A DNA stretch of 64,000 bases from an uncultured Candidatus Saccharibacteria bacterium (GTDB lineage Bacteria; Patescibacteriota; Minisyncoccia; Phycocordibacterales; JACOZG01): contig CAZYLF010000001.1 of assembly GCA_964648765.1 (NCBI GenBank), forward strand, positions 165,797 through 229,796, written 5' to 3'. This document shows positions 61,147 to 64,000 of the stretch, in pieces. Below the pieces are notes generated by a model that had not been told where the DNA came from, made no database searches, and saw only the letters and a list, made by a program, of their open reading frames with translations. Position numbers and translations under genes: made by a program. Numbering within the stretch: position 1 is the first letter of the stretch; every line of letters starts with the position of its first letter.

Positions 61147-61179
61147 GACCGTCGCGGATTATTGCGACGGTCTTTTTTT
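61147..61179 (+). terminator. Terminator after the sigma gene
   Basis: GACCGTCGCGG-atta-TTGCGACGGTC then T7. Confidence 0.75.
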
Positions 61180-61210
61180 ATTTTTAAAATAATGATAACC
61201 TAAACGCTAC

Positions 61211-61283
61211 GCCAATGTAGCTCAGATGGTAGAGCAACTCCATGGTAAGGAGTAGGTCGCCGGTTCAATTCCGGCCATTGGCT
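61211..61283 (+). tRNA. tRNA-Thr(GGU)
   Basis: ACTCC-ATGGTAA-GGAGT arm; GCCAATG/CATTGGC acceptor stem. Confidence 0.92.
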
Positions 61284-61361
61284 CTCGTTGCTTCTCGCTA
61301 ATCATTGTGGTAGTTTTGTGAAAGTAGTTTAGTTACTGAACTTTGTTGAAAGGAGATCGGT

Positions 61362-61661
61362 GTGTCTAAAAGAAAGAAAGCAAAAGGAAAAGTTTCTCGT
61401 AAAGGAACGCCCTCAAATGCTGAGTTAAAGCTTTTGGGGAAAGCGCTTGTTGATCCGGCGTTCATTAAGAGTTTTGGAAGAGGTTTAGCGGATCTCAAAG
61501 CGGGTAGGACGGTTCCCTATGTGCGTCGAACAAAAAAGATGACCTTGGGTTCTTTGCTTGAGTTACCTATTAAAGATTTTTTTGATCTGATCCAATTTAA
61601 CTCTGGCATGGAACTGATTGTTGTTTTACCTGAGAGAATGAGAAAATTGTCTGGGTCGTAA
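61362..61661 (+). CDS. Small basic hypothetical protein
   Basis: GAAAGGAG SD before GTG; RGLADLKAGRT segment; own terminator at 61692-61718. Confidence 0.6.
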   Translation: MSKRKKAKGKVSRKGTPSNAELKLLGKALVDPAFIKSFGRGLADLKAGRTVPYVRRTKKMTLGSLLELPIKDFFDLIQFNSGMELIVVLPERMRKLSGS

Positions 61662-61750
61662 GTTACTACTCTTGTTAGTTGCAACATAGTTGCCGGTGAT
61701 CATCTCACCGGCTTTTTTATTTTGATTCAATTTGTTAGAGTTGACTTGTT

Positions 61751-61823
61751 GCCACCTTAGCTCAGTTGGCAGAGCGGCGGTATCGTAAACCGCAGGTCCC
61801 CGGTTCGATCCCGGGAGGTGGCT
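61751..61823 (+). tRNA. tRNA-Thr(CGU)
   Basis: GCGGT-ATCGTAA-ACCGC arm; GCCACCT/AGGTGGC acceptor stem. Confidence 0.92.
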
Positions 61824-61851
61824 CAAGTAGTCTCGAGAAGTTGCTCAATAG

Positions 61852-61884
61852 AAAATCGCCACCAACATTTCTGTTGGTGGCGAT
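61852..61884 (-). terminator. Terminator between tRNA-Thr and the convergent gene
   Basis: ATCGCCACCAACA-tttc-TGTTGGTGGCGAT with AAAA on the left. Confidence 0.65.
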
Positions 61885-61913
61885 GCTTTATGATATACCC
61901 ATCATTTGCGTAC

Positions 61914-62750
61914 TCAATGGTAATCAATTTTCAGGATGTGTCCAAGCCCGAAGACCCTCGGTTTTTCGTCTGGATAGCCAAAGGACTTTAAAGCTTCTCC
62001 ATTCATGAGGTGGTGGTGAGTCACGACCATAAACTCGTCGTATTCACCACCTTCTATTATTGCCCCTGTGCCACTTTCCCCTGGTTGAACATCAAACTCA
62101 AAGATGATGCCCGTTACCGTTTCTGATGGTTTAAAAGCGGCTAAGCACCTAATGACCCGATCTGGTTCCGTCAGTAGGCGGATTTTGATGTTGGGTGGCG
62201 CGACCCTAACCCCGAATCTCTCATCAGTTTTTGCCGCTGGGCGACCCGAGTATTTTTTGGGGATTACTGGGAAGAAAGAAAAAACTCCATCCTTGCCAGT
62301 CGAGCAAGCCACCGCGTCGCCAATATCCCCCATATCAATGATGCCCACAATAGGTTTAACTAGAGCCGTTCCATTAAGTTCTGGAGCTCCAATCAGTCGG
62401 TAACCAAACTCGACGGGAGTGTCACGCTCCAGAACGTGGACAGCAGTTAGAAGTGTTCCGGTCTTATTTAGTAAAGTGCCAGTGCCGCCAAACATCCAAG
62501 GTGAGGATTTGTCTTCACGGCTCACAATGTGGACTGGCGTGTAGTCTGGGTGAAAATCTTTACCAGATCGTTGAGTCAGACCCAGGTGACGCTCGATGGC
62601 CTCTCTCTTCCCCGGTGGCTGGGGACCACCAAAAAAGTTAAGGACCATGGTTTCCTTTCGCTTAATTTCGCTTTTGAGGTAGACGGCAGTAACTGCCCCA
62701 CCAATTAAAAGCAATAGGACAAAAACACCAAGAATTAGTTTTAACCTCAT
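61914..62750 (-). CDS. Membrane-anchored trypsin-like serine protease (divergent)
   Basis: N-terminal TM helix; GTG..LLTAVHV (His), GDAV (Asp), PGESGTG (Ser). Confidence 0.6.
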   Translation of the reverse strand: MRLKLILGVFVLLLLIGGAVTAVYLKSEIKRKETMVLNFFGGPQPPGKREAIERHLGLTQRSGKDFHPDYTPVHIVSREDKSSPWMFGGTGTLLNKTGTLLTAVHVLERDTPVEFGYRLIGAPELNGTALVKPIVGIIDMGDIGDAVACSTGKDGVFSFFPVIPKKYSGRPAAKTDERFGVRVAPPNIKIRLLTEPDRVIRCLAAFKPSETVTGIIFEFDVQPGESGTGAIIEGGEYDEFMVVTHHHLMNGEALKSFGYPDEKPRVFGLGHILKIDYH

Positions 62751-62872
62751 TCGCAGCCTCCCTTTCAGTTGTTGAATTTCAAAAACCTAACTTTTTAATT
62801 TATAACATATATGCGTAGAATATGCAAGCGTAATGTTTCTACCTTCTTAATTCTTTTTGTTATAATCACCAA

Positions 62873-63736
62873 ATGGCCGATAAAAAAGAGGAGTTAAAAG
62901 TGAAAATTGAGGCGCTCGAAGCGGAGATGGGGTTGCCTGAATTTTGGCAAGATAAGGCGCTGGCACAAGCCAAAGTTAAGGAACTTGGTGAGCTTAAAGC
63001 CGCGCTTGAAGGTGTGGGGCCATATGATAAAGGTGATGCAGTGATCACCCTTTTTGCTGGCGCTGGGGGAGATGACGCTGAAGATTTCGCCAGAATGTTA
63101 TATGAAATGTATACCAAGTTCGCTTCAAAGCGCGGTTTTGGGATTTATTTGATTCATCAAAATGAAAACGATCATGGCGGCTTCCGCAATATTACCTTTG
63201 AAGTGCGAGGTGAAAAAGCCTATGGTACACTGAAGGGCGAGTCGGGCGTGCATCGTCTCGTGCGACTCTCGCCCTTTAATTCTAAATCACTTCGCCACAC
63301 GTCATTTGCGTTGGTGGAAGTGATTCCTCGGTTTGAGAAGGGTGGTGAAGTGGTGATAGACGAGAGAGATTTAAGAATTGAATTTTCTCGTTCAAGCGGT
63401 CCGGGTGGTCAGAACGTAAACAAACGTGAGACAGCAGTGCGCGTGGTGCACGTTCCTACAAATCTCTCAGCTCATTCAGAATCAGAACGCAGTCAAGAGA
63501 GAAATCGCGAGAAGGCGATCCAAATTTTGCACGGCAAACTTTATAAACGCCAGGAGGAGGAAAGAGAGAAGAAGGAGCAAGGAATGTATGTGAGCAAAAC
63601 CACAGAGATTGAGTGGGGCAACCAGATTAGATCTTATGTGCTTCATCCATATAAGCTGGTGAAGGATCACAAAAGAGATATTGAGGTGAGAGATGCTGAA
63701 GCCGTGCTCGATGGAGAGATTGAACCATTCTTATGA
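62873..63736 (+). CDS. prfB: Peptide chain release factor 2 (short form)
   Basis: GVHRLVRLSPF, RHTSFA, GPGGQNVN, WGNQIRSYV. Confidence 0.93.
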   Translation: MADKKEELKVKIEALEAEMGLPEFWQDKALAQAKVKELGELKAALEGVGPYDKGDAVITLFAGAGGDDAEDFARMLYEMYTKFASKRGFGIYLIHQNENDHGGFRNITFEVRGEKAYGTLKGESGVHRLVRLSPFNSKSLRHTSFALVEVIPRFEKGGEVVIDERDLRIEFSRSSGPGGQNVNKRETAVRVVHVPTNLSAHSESERSQERNREKAIQILHGKLYKRQEEEREKKEQGMYVSKTTEIEWGNQIRSYVLHPYKLVKDHKRDIEVRDAEAVLDGEIEPFL

Positions 63737-64000
63737 TTTATTTTGATAAAGTAACAAAAGTATATAGTGACCGTTCCAGAGCTCTCGACGGTGTGACTTT
63801 TACTGTCGACAAGGGTGAATTTGTTTCTATTGTCGGCCACTCTGGCGCAGGTAAAACCACTTTACTTAAAATGATTTTGGCGGAGGAGAGACCAACTGAA
63901 GGTAATGTTTATTTTGAGTCAAATAATATTCACAGTCTCCACAAAAAACATATCCCTAAACTTCGCCGAAGAATTGGTAGTATCTTCCAAGATTTTAAAT
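63733..64000 (+). CDS. ftsE: Cell division ABC ATPase FtsE, 3' end outside the window
   Basis: Translated by hand: MIYFDKVTKVY...GHSGAGKTTLLK...LRRRIGSIFQDFK; follows prfB. Confidence 0.85.
   Translation, partial: MIYFDKVTKVYSDRSRALDGVTFTVDKGEFVSIVGHSGAGKTTLLKMILAEERPTEGNVYFESNNIHSLHKKHIPKLRRRIGSIFQDFK

Noticed and set aside
59825-62008. ORFs 59825-60052, 60129-60320, 61626-61826 and 61766-62008
   Set aside because: They overlap tRNA genes and are artefacts of tRNA sequence.

Overview
A 64-kb chromosomal segment of a small-genome bacterium, most likely Patescibacteria (CPR, Parcubacteria-like), read with genetic code 11. That assignment is an inference from the missing rpmD between rpsE and rplO, an internally shortened L3 and RF2, CPR-style surface proteins and a compact pilM-to-minor-pilin type IV pilus locus. 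Core content: tuf with the S10/spc ribosomal cluster to secY-adk-map-ndk; infC-rpmI-rplT; smpB-ssrA; ftsH; recG; a PIF1 helicase; comF and the pilus locus; ligA; gatC-gatA; prfB; the start of ftsE; and seven tRNAs. No integrase, transposase, cas gene or CRISPR array is visible. Main observations: (1) an accessory gene array at 26-29 kb is punctuated by three copies of a 46-48 bp palindromic repeat at near-constant distances from stop and start codons. (2) A dispersed set of accessory genes carries strong GAAAGGA/GGAGG Shine-Dalgarno sites, often with own promoters, terminators and shared leader motifs, whereas core genes are SD-less or apparently leaderless. (3) A standalone 120-nt rod-shaped ncRNA candidate (6S-like) follows ndk. 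(4) There is a tRNA-Ile with a UAU anticodon. (5) A GT-C/GT2/GtrA glycosylation cassette sits between two pilin genes. (6) A dockerin protein and an extra sigma-70 factor may point to a partner organism. All calls come from reading motifs by eye; no database searches were run.
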